64,000 nt of DNA from Piedraia hortae CBS 480.64 (GCA_010093745.1 MU005957.1:434001-498000), one strand, 5' to 3'; shown: positions 11,776 to 25,679, numbered from the stretch's first letter. Notes: a model not told the origin generated them from the sequence alone. Program-made: numbers and translations.

Positions 11776-12960
11776 TCAAAACTGGTGCGTATGCCAGGTT
11801 TTCTCAGGACGCCGACCAACTGCACAGTGACTGGCTCGGCGTCAGTTCAACCTACCAAACAACGAAGGAGACTCACGCAAAAAAGTAAAGCCTGGAATCT
11901 TCACGTTCCAGTTCGTTCTGAGCAGGACGGATCAAATCCTCCCACTGCTCAAAGCCCATCGGTGGCTGGCCGAGCTCTGGCAACTCAGCAGTCATGGGAT
12001 AGAGGGAAAGTGCTTCGATTGCACTTCGCACATTTTGCTGAATTTTCGCCCCAACACTTGGTGAACCTGGGAAACTGTCAATCTATGTTCATTTTTGGCA
12101 CAGGGTATATCTCACTGTTCCAGTTTCCAATACGGAGAGGCACCGTTCGTGTTTCAATATGCTCAAGCCCAGTCTGTTCCATATAATGCCTTAGCTTTGA
12201 CCCTACGCGATTGTCCTTACTACGCTGCTGCATGACAAGATCATACCAGGATTGCCACAACTGCAACGGCTCGTCGTCGCTGGTTTTGGGACGTTGGCCT
12301 TGTGAGAGGAACCGATATTCTGCCTCAACCGCCTGCAACCAACCGTTTGGCTTGAGCAAGCTGAATAGATCACCAATAAACGATGGCCACCGCTGAGCAT
12401 CGATACCTGCAGCGAGATGCCGACTGTTGATAAAATCAAACGTCTCTGGCTGAAAACTGTTCCTGGAATGGGTTAGCTGCAGGGGCATGTTCATGTTCCA
12501 TTGATGATGCTCGAATTGTTTTACGATCCCGGAACATTGTCGTTGAATAACATTATGGCCTTGGTCCTCGTTAATGTCAACGTTAGTCACCTATGTTGGA
12601 GTTAGCTTCTTCGGCTCGTCCTCGAAGACAATATGGACCTTGCAATGGCCATAAGTTTCCAGTAAGCTCTTGCCCCAGTCTCCTTCTCCAGGGCCACAAT
12701 CGAGCACCTTTGGGTGTTCGATGCGAGTCAGATTATGCCACCTTGGATTGGACAATACTAGCCGATCGTTCAGCGTCTCACGAATGATGTCGTTGAGGTC
12801 CCTCAAACGTTGGGCATCGACCTGTGGACTGTTATCAGCTCACGCCCCAAGCCCTCTTGCGCCAAAGGCTTACCGCATCAATTGGCACGCAATAGCCATT
12901 GCTTTCAATAGAATACTTGGAAAAGAGACGACCGTGGAACGATATTTTTCCAGTGCCCAT
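11776..12960 (-). CDS. LaeA-like class I SAM-dependent methyltransferase (about 4 introns)
   Basis: Exons FHGRLFSKYS...YCVPID; VLDCGPGEGDW (SAM motif I); FDFINSRHLAAGI...LLKPNGWLQAVE; last exon AVGRRP. Confidence 0.78.
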
Positions 12961-13976
12961 TTTTGTAAGGATCCTCAGCACTTTACCAGAAATTTCCAAG
13001 GATCCTCTCAAGGGTTTGCTACAATCGTTTGGACGATCTCCAGGGTGATCAGAGGATGTTGAAGAGGATTTTAAAGCCGTTGTGGTGCTGCCACTCCGCC
13101 ACCAACAACGCTGTGAATATCTGCACACTTCTACTGCATGAGAAGCCCAATGAGCGATTCTGGCTCTGGTTGGCTAGCTAACTGAAAATACCATGTCCGA
13201 CCATGGCCATTCGGGTGCTAATATTGCATGTCATTCGGCTTAGATCCAACCCCAAGGCCGCGTGAGGTTTACGTTTGGGTTACCGCCCCCAAGATGCATG
13301 TGCATTGAACCACGGAAGATAACCATCACAGAACTCTCACTTTAATAAACACTCTGTACATTCTCCAGATCATTGGTAAGTTGTGAAAGTAGCATACACC
13401 AATCAACGAAGTCGATTGATCGAGTTTGTACTAACTGCGTTGACAAGGCTATAAGCAATAAGAATGGAGATACATTTTCGCCAATCACAAAGGACAGATG
13501 TTGTTCATGGGATTGGTTCGCATGCAAGTGGTGCCTGAGCAAGTGTGCACAGCAGATGATCGACGACAACTCAGAGGGTAATGTTCGGGTCTACTTCCCT
13601 GCTCATACCAAACTAATGATCTGATACGTACATGAATAGACAACCGTTAGGAAAGGGAACTCACTCATTGGCTGAGGAAGGTAAAATTGACCTTCTCTTG
13701 CATGGCGAAGCCAGATTGCATATGCAGCCGGGACGCGGCCGGGCCCAGTTACGGCTGACATCTGTGCAAGCAATGTCGGCATGCGGCGCTGCCTCGCATC
13801 GGGTAGATCTCGCTATCGAACGTCTTCTCGAACTGAATCGGGTTGTCGTCTCGGTAGAACTCCGGGCGGCTCAGTAAACGTTCTTCAGGCAACCGTCTTT
13901 TTGGCGTGCATCGGCCAGCCCAAACTTTCTTCAACATTTTAACGCACTTGCACAGTACCATTAAAATTCAACAGAG

Positions 13977-14922
13977 ATGACAATGGATCGCGGCGATGTG
14001 GAGTCGATTGGCGCTCATTGTCAGATGACCTTTTGCCATCAGCTTGATTTTCTTCCATTTAAATGCGAGAGCTGCAAGGGGTAGGTATGTCTTGATGACA
14101 GCCTTGCCGCGAACACATTCTAAATTAAACTGCAGAACATTTTGCTTGGACCATCGTTCAGAGTCTGCGCATAATTGCCAGTCGGCTGGCCAATGGGCTC
14201 GACGACGTGCGGAAGAACAACGTTCTGGTGCATCTCCGTCGCCAAAGCCTAACATTCTGACTCACGAACAGCAATGTTCGGAGCCTTCATGCAAGACTCT
14301 TATCCATACAGCTCGGGTCACGGGCGTACACTGCGATAAGTGTCGCCGCGATTATTGCCTTAAACATCGATTTCCTTCTGACCATGGTTGCGCGAATCTC
14401 GCGCCGTTGGGCGCGGTGCCTGGCTCTGTAAAACGTTCTGGTGCCCAAAATGCCAAAGGTCTGGCGGCTTTGGAAAAATTACGAGCATGGGGTGCACAAA
14501 AACGCCAGGCAGCTGCCCAACAAGCGCCTAAGAGCATTGCTTCGCGGCAAATTCTGGAGGCCACACAGATGAAAAAATCTGCAAAAGGTGATCCCAAGAT
14601 TCCACCCGACAAACGCATCTATCTGTACGTGGAGGCGTCAAGCGACACTGTCACTTCGAAGGTGCCCAAGGGAACCTTTTTCTATTCCACAGACTTCACC
14701 GTGGGCCGCGTTCTGGACGTGGCAGCGAGAGAGTTACAAGTGAGCAATGTCAACAATCGAACGGATAACATCAAAGACAAGCTGCGGGTCTTTCACATTG
14801 AAGGAGGCCGGCTTCTGGGTTTCAACGAAAAACTAGGCCAAACCGTCCAGACAGGCAACACGATTGTGTTGCTACGGGGCGTGAATGATGGCATGGCCCA
14901 GACGCCCGATCGGACGGCTTGA
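13977..14922 (+). CDS. CUZ1: AN1-type zinc finger protein (ZFAND1/Cuz1 family)
   Basis: IGAHCQMTFCHQLDFLPFKCESCKG | intron 14081-14135 | TFCLDHRS..H.C; second AN1 finger CDKCRRDYCLKHRFPSDHGC; C-terminal AKGD..IP...R UBL-like domain. Confidence 0.88.
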
Positions 14923-15355
14923 CCGTGGCTGTGTTTCAGCAGGGTGCGACTTGCTCACCCGGTTCTTTGTTGCCAACGTGGTACAGCTCGGGAACTGGAG
15001 TTACTTTTCATTCCTGTCTGTCATCCATGGTCGATCAAGAAAGGTATGCCCATTTTTATCTGATCAGTGTTAGCAGTAGGCGACCGCTACAGGCGTCTAA
15101 TGGTACATAGTTGACGCATTATTCGTTACGATTATTTTGTTCAAGTGGCGGTGGCTTTCAGGCGCAGCTGTCATTCCCCACTCCATCCCCGGGGCTGAAA
15201 CAGGCTTACGCCCATTAAGCGCATGCGAAGCTGGTGTGCATGCCGAGAGCTGCACAGAACCGCGTGAGGTATCATACAACATGGATTCGATGGACTATGG
15301 CCGAAAAGTAGGCTGAAGATGAACCGGATAGCTCAATTTATAATCGGCCAATCGA

Positions 15356-16399
15356 CTAATCATACATCCCTCCGCTGCTTTCATCATCCTCGTTGTCGTT
15401 GCCACCCGTTTCTATAAGGTCCAGGACAGACTCTGACAACTCACCACCCGCACTTTTAAGTTTGCCAAACACTTCAATGACCTTGGCTCTTTCTGTGCGT
15501 GATCTTTCAAGGTTGTCTTCAGCGTCACCGCCCTCATCGCCCTCGCCGCTTGCAGTCGCGATGTAAAGATCTGAAATCCATAGACCGACCATGCCACGAA
15601 GTTTTAAGAGAGGAAGGCTTTTATTATACGCCGGACTTTCCATTACTTCATCCATTCGTGCCGCAATTTCAAGTGCTGTCTGGAGTTTGTGGCCAAGCTC
15701 ATGCTCATCTACACTAAACTGTCTTTGCGCCCCAGATATCCACATGTTGAAGAGCGCTGGATAAAAAGCTACCGCGCTTACCAGATACTTCCTTGCAATA
15801 GCATGTGGATATCGCGTTATGAAGCGGTTATAATACTCCTGCGCCTGCCTGAAACCCTCCTTCTCGTTTGTGCGGATCAGCAGTTCAGCTCCTATGCCCC
15901 AATGGCCATATTCTCTTACATCCATCCCTGTGCCGCCAATTTCCAATCGCAACAACAAGGCCCAAGCACGAAAGGCCCGGTGCCAGTCTTGTCTAAGCAT
16001 GCAGATATGAAGGATGGTCATGAGTTTATCGGCATGATTCCGTTTGAGAACGGCCTGTCCGCGGTGTTCGATGCCTAACCGCGGCGGGAGCAGAGGAGGG
16101 TTAAGGTCTAGAAATTCTTCTTCTACGGGTTTATCTTGGGGCTTTTCGCTTGGAGCCGCCGCAGAAACAACCCACTCCTCGCGCGAAACACCTGCCACAT
16201 AGAAGGGATCTGTGATGCTGACCGAGTGAACCCTCGGATCAGGAGATGGTGGCTGCCTTGTAGCCTCATCACGGGATTCGTTGGAAGCACTATCGCTCTC
16301 ATCGCTTGCATCTCGCTTTTGCTTCCGCTTGTCTAGCGATATGCGGCGAGCAAGGACAGTTTGACGACCCCTGGTGGGCTTGTGTGCCGGTGCAAACAT
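15356..16399 (-). CDS. RRN11: RNA polymerase I core factor subunit Rrn11-like protein
   Basis: LMTILHICMLRQDWHRAFRAWALLLR...DVR..GHWGIGAELL motif; start set at first ATG (MFAPAHK). Confidence 0.65.
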   Translation of the reverse strand: MFAPAHKPTRGRQTVLARRISLDKRKQKRDASDESDSASNESRDEATRQPPSPDPRVHSVSITDPFYVAGVSREEWVVSAAAPSEKPQDKPVEEEFLDLNPPLLPPRLGIEHRGQAVLKRNHADKLMTILHICMLRQDWHRAFRAWALLLRLEIGGTGMDVREYGHWGIGAELLIRTNEKEGFRQAQEYYNRFITRYPHAIARKYLVSAVAFYPALFNMWISGAQRQFSVDEHELGHKLQTALEIAARMDEVMESPAYNKSLPLLKLRGMVGLWISDLYIATASGEGDEGGDAEDNLERSRTERAKVIEVFGKLKSAGGELSESVLDLIETGGNDNEDDESSGGMYD

Positions 16400-16843
16400 C
16401 GCCACGTGACGTCTATGTCGTGTGGCCTTGTGATGTGATTCAACTACAGAAACAAGAATGTGGCCCTGATTTGTGCAAGGGTGGCTCTTGAGGCTGACGG
16501 AGCTAAACCTCAATAAGCGATGGTGTAGTGGGAGTTGCGAATCTGACGGGCGGTGCGTTGCTTACAGCCGACGATTACGTAATCCATAGCCCGTAACCCT
16601 ACACCACACGCACCACCGGGCGGCCCGGGGAATGTGCCATTTGCCGCTAAACCGTGTCCTCTCTGACAGCGCCGATAACCACACCCATTGCCCCGCGGCA
16701 ACAGCGTCACTCGTGTTGTTCTTTCACAACCGTACTTAGCGTTACTGGCCCAGCGTCACGGCACATGGCTTGCGGCTGCCTACGAAGCTGAACGCCGAAC
16801 ACCGCTCATGATAGCCGAAGTAGGAGCATAGACAGCCTCATCC

Positions 16844-19059
16844 ATGGGTCAGAACTCTTCGCGTCCGGAACCGGATGCCCGACCTCCCTCGCGACAGGCA
16901 TTTGCGCCAATGGCCGGCCGTCCGCCGACCGACTCCCGCCGCCGCTCCCTCAGCGCCAATCGCCTGTCGCAGTTGCTGCACCGCACCGACAGCCCAGGTC
17001 CAGACGATTTGAGCAGAGGGACTTCGATCCGCCGCACGGCCACTCGTTTTAGGAACCTCGTTGGCCGGCGAAGCACGTATCGTGGAGACTTCATACACAC
17101 TGGGGGCAACTGGCCTTCCCAAGAGGCCCCCCGTTACACGCTGGCGGCGGCCCACGACGAAAGTTCGAGCTCCTGGCCGTCGTCGCTACCGTCTATCGAT
17201 GTTCCTTCCTCCTTGGCCCAGAACACGTTCGGCATCAGCGCAGCTGACGATGGCGAGATGCCACCCCGGCTTGCCAGTTCCAGTCGTTTGTCCGGCCTCC
17301 GTCGCAACTCTTTGAGGCCGGACAGGTCGTTCAGACACCTTGCATCACAGCTGCGCAGAAGAAGGTCGCCGTCAGGGCTCTCCAGACGACAGCGCGGTCA
17401 GGAAGACCAGGTGGCGCTGCTGAGCAGGATTTTGTCGGCTGCTGCCACTGCTACCGCCGCCACATTGATTGGGGATGACCAACAGGCGCTCGCCGAAGCT
17501 CGTAGTCTGACCGGGAATGCTGCCCTAGACGATCTAGGTGACGGCGAGGATGGAAGCTTCGAGGGCTTCCTCCGCGCACTACAAAACGGACGCATTGCTT
17601 CGGCACTGCGGCAGGGCACGGGTGACATGGCAGATGCATCCCAGGAAGAGTCTCTCAATTTTTTCCGCATGTTTCGCTTCGGGTCGTCGGGGAGCGGCAG
17701 TGCCGAGGGCGGAAACGCGGTAGAAGGCAGCACCGGAAACCGCATGGTTCCTATCATTATCGTGGGCATCAGAAGTATTAGCGTCAACTCCACCACGTCC
17801 CTTACCGACGATCTCCCTCCGTTCATCGATGCCCTGGGAGACATGTCCACGCCAGACACGGACTTGCATGACACGATTGATTCCATTCTGCACCCTCCCC
17901 GCAACAGCTCATCGTTCCGACATCGGCGTAGAGCCAGCATGGGTGGGCTGGGCCTCGGACGCAGCAGGCTAAGCGATCGTCTGGATAATCAGCGGGACCA
18001 GCGGTCTCCAGACAGCAGGCGTGACCGGTGGAGCGTAGCAAATGCATCTTCCCAGGAAGCCCGGTCAGGTGTGCCTGCCTCTACCAGTGTGAGCGCCGAG
18101 CTGAGTCGCATGTCCTCCAGGACGCCTACGTCAAGTTCAAGAAGCGCCTCTTTCGTTTCAAATTCTGTGCGAGACTTTGTCTCCGATTCACGTCGTCACA
18201 GCATGCTGAACCGTATCTCTCCCAGTACTCCTCTTAGCGCGCAACTCGAGGAGGCGACTCCACTTCGGCCCAGGTCAACTTTGTCTTCTGACACATCAAG
18301 TCCGAATCGTCCGAATCGGCAGCGACGGGCTGAAACAACACCCAACGTTCATTATCCTCGTTTTGCGTCTGGTCATCCCCGTCGCAATGGCGTGGTTGAG
18401 CCTGACAATCTGCCGCCTTTGCCCGCGAGTCCTGCTTCCAGTCCCTCTGACACAGGCAACAGCCGTGATGGTAGCGACAGTGGTCCCAGTGACAGCCGTA
18501 GCTGGATCATCTACGTACTGGGGGGCTCTTATCCCGAAAACCATCCCATCCTGACCACGCCAAGCCTATTTACAGAGAACCCTACTTACGAAGACATGAT
18601 GCTGCTGTCGGCTTTGCTGGGTCCGGCAAGAGCTCCTGTAGCCTCTGACGAGGACGTCGATTCTGCTGGCGGCCTCTATAACATTGAGAGAACTGTCACG
18701 ATGGATACAACAAAGATGGGGCTTGTTGCCGTTGCGGCTGCTAGCGACATTGCCCCTGACCACGCACGCATCGTCCTGGACGATGGACAACGTTGCTTGG
18801 TGTGCCTCTGCGATTACGAAGTCAAGGAAGTTGGTCGCCGACTCGTCAAGTGCGGGCACCTCTTCCACAAAGAGTGCATAGACCAGGTATGCCTTTCCTT
18901 TTATTCCGACCAACTCAACACTAATTCGAAATCTAGTGGCTTACTCAAGGGCGCAATTCGTGTCCCCTCTGCAGAGGCCAGGGCGTGGAGGAATATGCAA
19001 AACCGGGCGACGGACACACGGGCACACCCAGCTCTCCTGCCGAGCTTGCTGCTTCGTAA
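16844..19059 (+). CDS. RING-H2 finger E3 ubiquitin ligase
   Basis: SWIIYVLGGSYPENHPILTTPSLFTENPTYEDM; CLVCLCDY...CGHLFHKECIDQ | intron 18887-18936 | WLTQGRNSCPLCR; MGQ N-terminus (possible myristoylation). Confidence 0.9.
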
Positions 19060-19396
19060 GAACGGCCATGAAAACGACGATTGCACTGGCTTTTTACAGC
19101 GATACGCATGTGATATGATACCCTTTCACTAATTCAAGATGTGACGCTTTGATGTTGTGCTTTGGCGGAATGGGGGACGAATAAATGGGAGGAACCATTG
19201 ACGATGACACGATCGGTGCTTCTATCATTGCGATTTTATTCCTTCGGCGGCTGTACTAAATAGCGGAGTTGATTCGAGTCTGCTTTGAACGTCTATAAAT
19301 GATTGTACGTTGACTGCTTTGATGGCGGCAACTCCCGTTGCACGCCTCGGTTGTTGTCGATAGCGCCGTTTTTTTCTCCCCATGATGTAGGATAGT

Positions 19397-20980
19397 ATGA
19401 TAAGCGCAGAAACAAGGGCCCTGCTAGGCCTTGTACGACCTGTTAGACCAAGTAATGTCGCGCCTCAGTCCCGCCGCCGTTTCCTACGTCTCGGATGTCA
19501 ATGGCGTCAACCCGCACCGCTAGACAGACGGCCTGTTGCCCTGCGTCAACATGACTGTCTGAGACGAGTGCCGAGGAAAAGGACGGCAGCAACTGCTACT
19601 GCGACCAAGAGCAGAACTGAAGGGCCACTGGCTGAATACGATCGACGGGTTCAGGCAGGAAGGTTACAGGACGATACGCATCAGCGTTCCGTTGTAGAAT
19701 CACTGCAGGCCTTACACGATGAGCTTAAGAATTACAACCCGCCCGAGGTAGCAATGCCATCTGTCGAGTCAACACTTCCTAAGAAAAAGGGTCTGTTTGG
19801 ATCTATTTTCGGTGGAGGCGACGATGCTAGCAAACTCTCCATGGAACCCCGGGACGATGTGCCCAAGGGATTATATATGTACGGCGACGTGGGGAGCGGA
19901 AAGACGATGTTGATGGATCTCTTTTATGATACGCTACCGCAGAGTACGCAAAGGAAGACGCGAATCCATTTCCACGACTTCATGCAGAACGTGCACAAAG
20001 ATGTACACAAGTTCAAGATGGAGTACGGCGGGAATGTCGATGCAATCCCTTTCGTAGCGGCCAAGATAGCCAGGCAGGCGACTGTCCTGTGCTTTGACGA
20101 ATTCCAGTGTACAGACGTGGCAGACGCGATGATCCTACGCCGCCTGATAGAGAGCCTCCTGGCGCATGGAACAGTTCTGGTGGCGACAAGCAACAGGCAC
20201 CCGAACGACCTATATAAAATGGGCATCCAACGGGAATCGTTCATCCCCGCCATCAACCTCCTCATCAAATATCTGCGCGTCATCAACCTGGACTCCCAAA
20301 CAGATTATCGCCGCATCCTGCGAAAGTCTCTAGACGTCTTCTACTATCCCCTCGATGAGTCCTCCAAGGAGCATGCGGAAGAATGGTTTCGCTTCTTTGG
20401 CGATTTCGAGCGCGACCCTCCACATCCGGCAACGCATGAGGTATGGGGACGCCAGATTCTCGTACCCAAAGCCAGCGACAAGGCGTGCTGGTTTGAGTTT
20501 GACGAGCTCATGGGTAGAAATACCGGAGCGGCAGACTATCTCGAGCTGGCGCGGGCATACGACGCGTTCATCGTTGTTAATGTCCCCGGCATGAACATCC
20601 GCAGCCGTGATTTGGCACGAAGATTCATCACCTTCATCGATGCCATCTATGAGGCCAGGTCCAAGCTCGTACTCACCACCGCTGTGCCGCTGACGGAGCT
20701 GTTTATGGCCAAGGACAAGGTCGCGGATGCGCTCAAATCCAATGGGGCCAAAGATGCCGACCATAATGCAGATGTCAGCGACGCCATGAGAAATCTCATG
20801 GATGATCTTGGCATGAGCATGGAAACGCTTAAGGGCAGCAGCATCTTTACGGGTGATGAGGAGGCTTTTGCGTTTGCACGAGCGCTCAGTAGATTAAGCG
20901 AGATGGGGTCTCAGGAATGGATACAGAGAGGTCTCAGTGAGGGAAAAATTCGGCAAATGCCAGAGACTCCGGACAGATGA
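19397..20980 (+). CDS. AFG1: Mitochondrial AFG1/LACE1 family ATPase
   Basis: PKGLYMYGDVGSGKTMLMDLF, LCFDEFQCTDVADAMIL, TSNRHP, ARRFITFIDAIY. Confidence 0.95.
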   Translation: MISAETRALLGLVRPVRPSNVAPQSRRRFLRLGCQWRQPAPLDRRPVALRQHDCLRRVPRKRTAATATATKSRTEGPLAEYDRRVQAGRLQDDTHQRSVVESLQALHDELKNYNPPEVAMPSVESTLPKKKGLFGSIFGGGDDASKLSMEPRDDVPKGLYMYGDVGSGKTMLMDLFYDTLPQSTQRKTRIHFHDFMQNVHKDVHKFKMEYGGNVDAIPFVAAKIARQATVLCFDEFQCTDVADAMILRRLIESLLAHGTVLVATSNRHPNDLYKMGIQRESFIPAINLLIKYLRVINLDSQTDYRRILRKSLDVFYYPLDESSKEHAEEWFRFFGDFERDPPHPATHEVWGRQILVPKASDKACWFEFDELMGRNTGAADYLELARAYDAFIVVNVPGMNIRSRDLARRFITFIDAIYEARSKLVLTTAVPLTELFMAKDKVADALKSNGAKDADHNADVSDAMRNLMDDLGMSMETLKGSSIFTGDEEAFAFARALSRLSEMGSQEWIQRGLSEGKIRQMPETPDR

Positions 20981-21550
20981 ACGCAGCTCCACACTGCGTC
21001 CACTTGCCCCTTTGGATCGCCGAGGTTGGATCATCTCGTACTTCTCTGCCCCCCCGCTACGGCCGAGGAGCTCTTGAACAAATTTTTGTATAGCATTGCA
21101 GGGTTAATTAGTCTGGTGCTGTGCGATACGGGCGTATAACCACGTTGTACATAGGTATACCATCGTCCCATGATTGATTTTTGGGAGTGACTAACAGATT
21201 CGGCCAACGCCAAGGAGTGCTAGCGGACAGCTCACAGGCAAGCGACAGGCAAGATTGTGATTGGATCAAAACGGTCCCGTGCCCACTCTCCGAAGATGAA
21301 GCGAAAGCCTGCTCGCATGCATGTGCACTGTTGTTTTTGTTGTCGCTGTCGGCTATAACTTGTCACACTCCCATCCTGCAGTTTTCGCTTGGTTTCTTTT
21401 TTCCCCTTCACACGCAGGTGTCGACCCATGGAGTTTGTGCCAGACTATTTTTCCCTCCTCCTCAAAGCGATCCGTTGAACGATCTTCTGCCCATCCCCCT
21501 TTCCAAATTCGAATACTCAATTCTATACCCCCGTGGACAGTGGTATCATC

Positions 21551-23242
21551 ATGGTCAGAAGCAGTGATAGCGATGCCCTGGCCCTTTTGGGTAAGAAACA
21601 GGTGCTCGAACGCCGATTCTCGCTCGTGTCCATGTTCGCTTTTGCCGTTTGCGAACTGATCACTTGGGAAACCGTTCTTGCTCTTTTTGGCCAAGCCTTT
21701 GAAAATGGCGGACCTGCAGGTGCTGTCTTTGGGTTCATCATAGCCTGGGCTAGTACATTGTCTGTGTATACGGTGATATCGGAACTCGCAAGTATGGCTC
21801 CTATTGCTAGCGGACAGTACTATTGGGTGTAGGCCAACTTGCTTCGCATAAAAGCACTTGACTGACTCATTTCTAGTTACATGCTGGCCCCACAGCGATA
21901 TAAGCAGGCGTGTAGCTACGTCATTGGCTGGTTGACGTCTCTGGCGTGGATTGCTACAGTGGCTACAGAATGTCTGTTTGCTGGCACCATTATCCAGGGC
22001 GTAATGGTCATGGACTACTCTGGATATGAGGGGACACGCTGGCAGGGAACCCTGTTGACATGGGCAGTGATCCTTTGCTGCATCTTTATCAACGTTGTCA
22101 TTCCAAACTGGCTTCCGAGATTCGAGGTTTTTATCTTGGTCCTTCACATTGCCGGATTCCTTGCCATTGTAATCACAATGTGGGTGATGTCGCCTTCTAT
22201 CGGTTCGCACGCATCTGTATGGCAAACAGTACTGAATGAAGGTGGCTGGCCAACACAAGGCCTTTCGTTTTGCGTTGGCTTCCTTGGCAATGTAGCCACT
22301 TTTGTTGGTGCCGATGCCAGCGTTCATATGGCAGAGGAGGTGTCCAACTCGGCCTTGAACATCCCTAGGGCAATCTTGGCGGCGATGCTGATAAACGGTG
22401 CTGTCGGATTCATCATGATGGTTACAGTGTTGTATTGCCTGGGCGACGTTAAATCAGTCCTCGATTCAGCCACGGGGTTCCCGTTCCTCCAAGTGTTCCT
22501 GAACAGTGTGGGAAATGTAGCGGGGGCAACAGTCATGGCGGCTGTCGTGCTCGCATTGACAATATCTTGCAGCACAGGTATCACAACGAGCGCTTCACGG
22601 ATGACTTGGAGCTTTGCTCGAGACAATGGCCTGCCCGGCTCGCACTTTCTCAGCAGAGTCTCTCCCCGAACTGCCATCCCTGTCAACGCTGTGCTGACCG
22701 TCACTGGTATTGCGGCTCTACTCACGTTAATCTACATCGGCTCCTCCACGGCATTTGAAGATGTCATATCTTTGACTATCACGGGCTTTTACGGGTCGTA
22801 CTTCCTTCCTGCCGCCTTATTGCTATGGCGGCGGTTGAAGGGAGATGTAGCACCGCGCAACGTCTTAGAGTCTGAGCAGCCCGAGCAGCCCAAACAGCCC
22901 GAGCACCTTCCTGTTGACAGCAAATCTGTCAGTACCCATGAAGTAGGAGTGGCCAATGCACCTCTGATTTGGGGCCCATGGAAGTTGCCGGGTGTCCTTG
23001 GCACCATTAACAATGCCTACGCCTGCACTTACATGATCTTTGTCATCTTTTGGAGCGTCTGGCCGCCTTCTACACCGGTAAAGGCATCGACAATGAACTA
23101 CAGCGTGGTTGTCACGGGTGGTGTGATGATTCTCTCTGCCATTTGGTACTTTGTCCGAGCCAAGAAGGTGTACAAAGGTCCGTTGGTGGATCTCGAAGTT
23201 GCTGAGGTCATGAGAAGAGGCAGTGTTGTATCGGTCAGTTAA
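21551..23242 (+). CDS. APC-superfamily amino acid/choline/GABA permease
   Basis: SELASMAPIASGQYYWV | intron 21829-21876 | YMLAP; GADASVHMAEEV; SRMTWSFARDNGLP; about 12 hydrophobic segments. Confidence 0.92.
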
Positions 23243-23438
23243 AGTGGATACGGTAAATCAAATTTAGTCACCATCTGTGTCATCTGCGCAATCGTCTTTG
23301 GTGAAATGCGGGGTGCGGGGGACAGGTGGGGAAGCAGTGACATCATTCCCGTCCCGGCGGAGCGGGCCGTCGCACTTGTTCGAAAATTCATCGTTGAGTG
23401 TGCTGAAATCTCAAGTCTGCCAGCGACCACGTTATACG

Positions 23439-25450
23439 ATGAAGACTGCTTGGAAAGACATTGCGCCGGTGCCTACGCACCAGGAGTTCCTCGTGGGTTT
23501 TTATTGCCTAGGTTTAATTGTTCAAATGGACTAACTGCACAGGACATTGTGCTCTCTCGCACTCAGCGCCGGTTACCGACCCAGATCAGAGCAGGTTTTA
23601 AGATCACAAGAATTCGCGCGTTTTACACTCGCAAAGTCAAGTTCACCGCCGAAACATTTTCTGAGAAGCTCACGACTATCCTGACGGACTTTCCGCGACT
23701 AACCGACATCCACCCATTCCACCGTGATTTGATGAACACTCTCTACGATGTCAATCACTACCGCACAGCTCTGGGCCAGCTTAATACTGCCAAAGGGTTG
23801 ATTGAGACCGTCTCGAGGGATTATGTTCGGCTACTCAAGTACGCCCAGAGCCTGTTCCAGTGCAAGAGCCTCAAGCGCGCAGCGCTGGGCCGCATGGCAA
23901 CCATCTGCAAGCGACTCAAGGACGTGCTGGTGTACTTGGAGCAGGTTCGGCAGCATCTGGGGCGTCTGCCATCCATTGATCCGAACACGCGCACTCTGCT
24001 CATTTGTGGCTACCCCAATGTGGGCAAGTCCAGTTTCCTCAAGAATATCACGCGGGCCGATGTCGATGTGCAGCCCTATGCCTTCACCACAAAGAGCCTC
24101 TATGTAGGCCACTTTGATTACAAACTGCTGCGCTTCCAGGCCATTGACACGCCGGGAATCTTAGATCACCCGCTAGACGAAATGAACTCGATCGAGTATC
24201 AGAGCATGATAGCAATTGCCCATCTCCGCAGTGCCGTCCTCTACTTCATGGACCTTAGCGAGCAGTGCGGATACAGCGTGCAGGCACAGATGCAGCTGTT
24301 CAAGAGCATTCGGCCGCTCTTCCAGAACAAGCTCGTTTTCATTGTCATCAACAAAATTGATTCCATGCGGCCCGAGGACCTCGATGAGGAGACGCAGACA
24401 CAGTTGCAGGATCTGCTGAAGTCCAGCGAGGTTGAGATGCTGCAGTTATCCTGCACAACCACCGAGGGCTTAATGGCAGTCCGTAACGCCGCATGTGACC
24501 AGCTCCTCGCACAGCGTCATGCGGAGAAGCTGAATGCCTCCAAAACCGCCTCTGGTGAGCCGACGGGTCGCATGAGCGATGTTTTGAAACGCCTGCACGT
24601 TGCGCAGCCAGCAGGCGGTGTTGTGCGTGAAGCATATATCCCGGAGGCCGCTCTCTCGCGCAGAAAGCACTCTACCGCCGACCCCAACCGGCCAAAGGGC
24701 ATTCGCGAAATCGAAGCCGAAAATGGCGGGGCGGGAGTCTTCAATGTAGACCTCAAAGAGCAATATCTCTTGGCCGATCCCTCATGGAAGCACGATAAAG
24801 TGCCCGAGGTGTTCAACGGCATGAACGTCGCCGACTATGCCGGTGACCCAGACATCCTGCAGCGCCTTGCTGAGCTAGAAGAGGAGGAAGCCGCCAACGA
24901 AGCCGAGGGTGTGTACGACGATACCGACCAAGAGTACACACCCGAGGAGATGGAGATCCGAGACAAAGCGGAGATGATCCGGGAGAAGATCCAGCTCATC
25001 AGGAACGAAAACCGCATGCGCAAGACAACAAGCCAGATTCCGCGCTCGAAGAAATCCGTCTCCCTGCAGCAGTTACAAACTGGCCTCAAAGACGCCGGCT
25101 ACGACTTTGAGATGATCGCCAAGCGCGCCAATGAGGCAGCCGCGCGTAAGAGAAAAGCCGTGAATGCCATGGATGTGGACGGCGAGAGTCAAGCGGATGC
25201 AATGGACATTGATCCCACACCAGCCCAGAGGCTGAGGAAGAACATCTCCACCGCTCGTGTCCCTCGTGAAGGTCCCACGGGCGTGACGAACCCTCTCACT
25301 CTTGAGAAGGCGCGGAAACGCGCGAGGTTGGATCAGAGGGGCATGAACAGGAATGCGAGACAGGGCGAGGCGGATCGTCATACTACTGCGTCGAAGCCGA
25401 AGTGGCTACTTGCTGGAAAGAGGAAGATGGGCTCTACAAGAAGCAGATAG
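23439..25450 (+). CDS. NOG1: Nucleolar GTP-binding protein 1 (60S biogenesis)
   Basis: MKTAWKDIAPVPTHQEFL | intron | DIVLSRTQRRLPTQIR; GYPNVGKSS, YAFTTK, DTPG, NKID; C-terminal PKWLLAGKRKMG. Confidence 0.96.
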
Positions 25451-25679
25451 ATGGATCTTTTTTCCTTTTGATCACGTCTCACACTTGTATTCTGCAACGA
25501 AATTTGGTCCCCAGTTGGATCTGTAGGTTCATCATTCGTTACCATGACGTCTGAGAGTGGGTTACAAGGCACCAAAAACGATTTATCTCAAGTCCACTCA
25601 TGGCATGTATGAATGTATGATTTATCTTCATAAGCCCAGAAAAGCCAAATGGTAGGAAAATCTCGACAATTTTGGGGTA

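Noticed and set aside
13342..13961. Small Cys-rich ORFs between the methyltransferase and CUZ1
   Set aside because: No signal peptide, recognisable domain or consistent splice model
18937..19132. Apparently incomplete RING finger in the 762-aa ORF
   Set aside because: Intron 18887-18936 restores WLTQGRNSCPLCR, so this is not a pseudogene
23306..23438. Upstream N-terminus given for the 714-aa NOG1 ORF
   Set aside because: The true first exon (MKTAWKDIAPVP) is in another frame and joined by an intron
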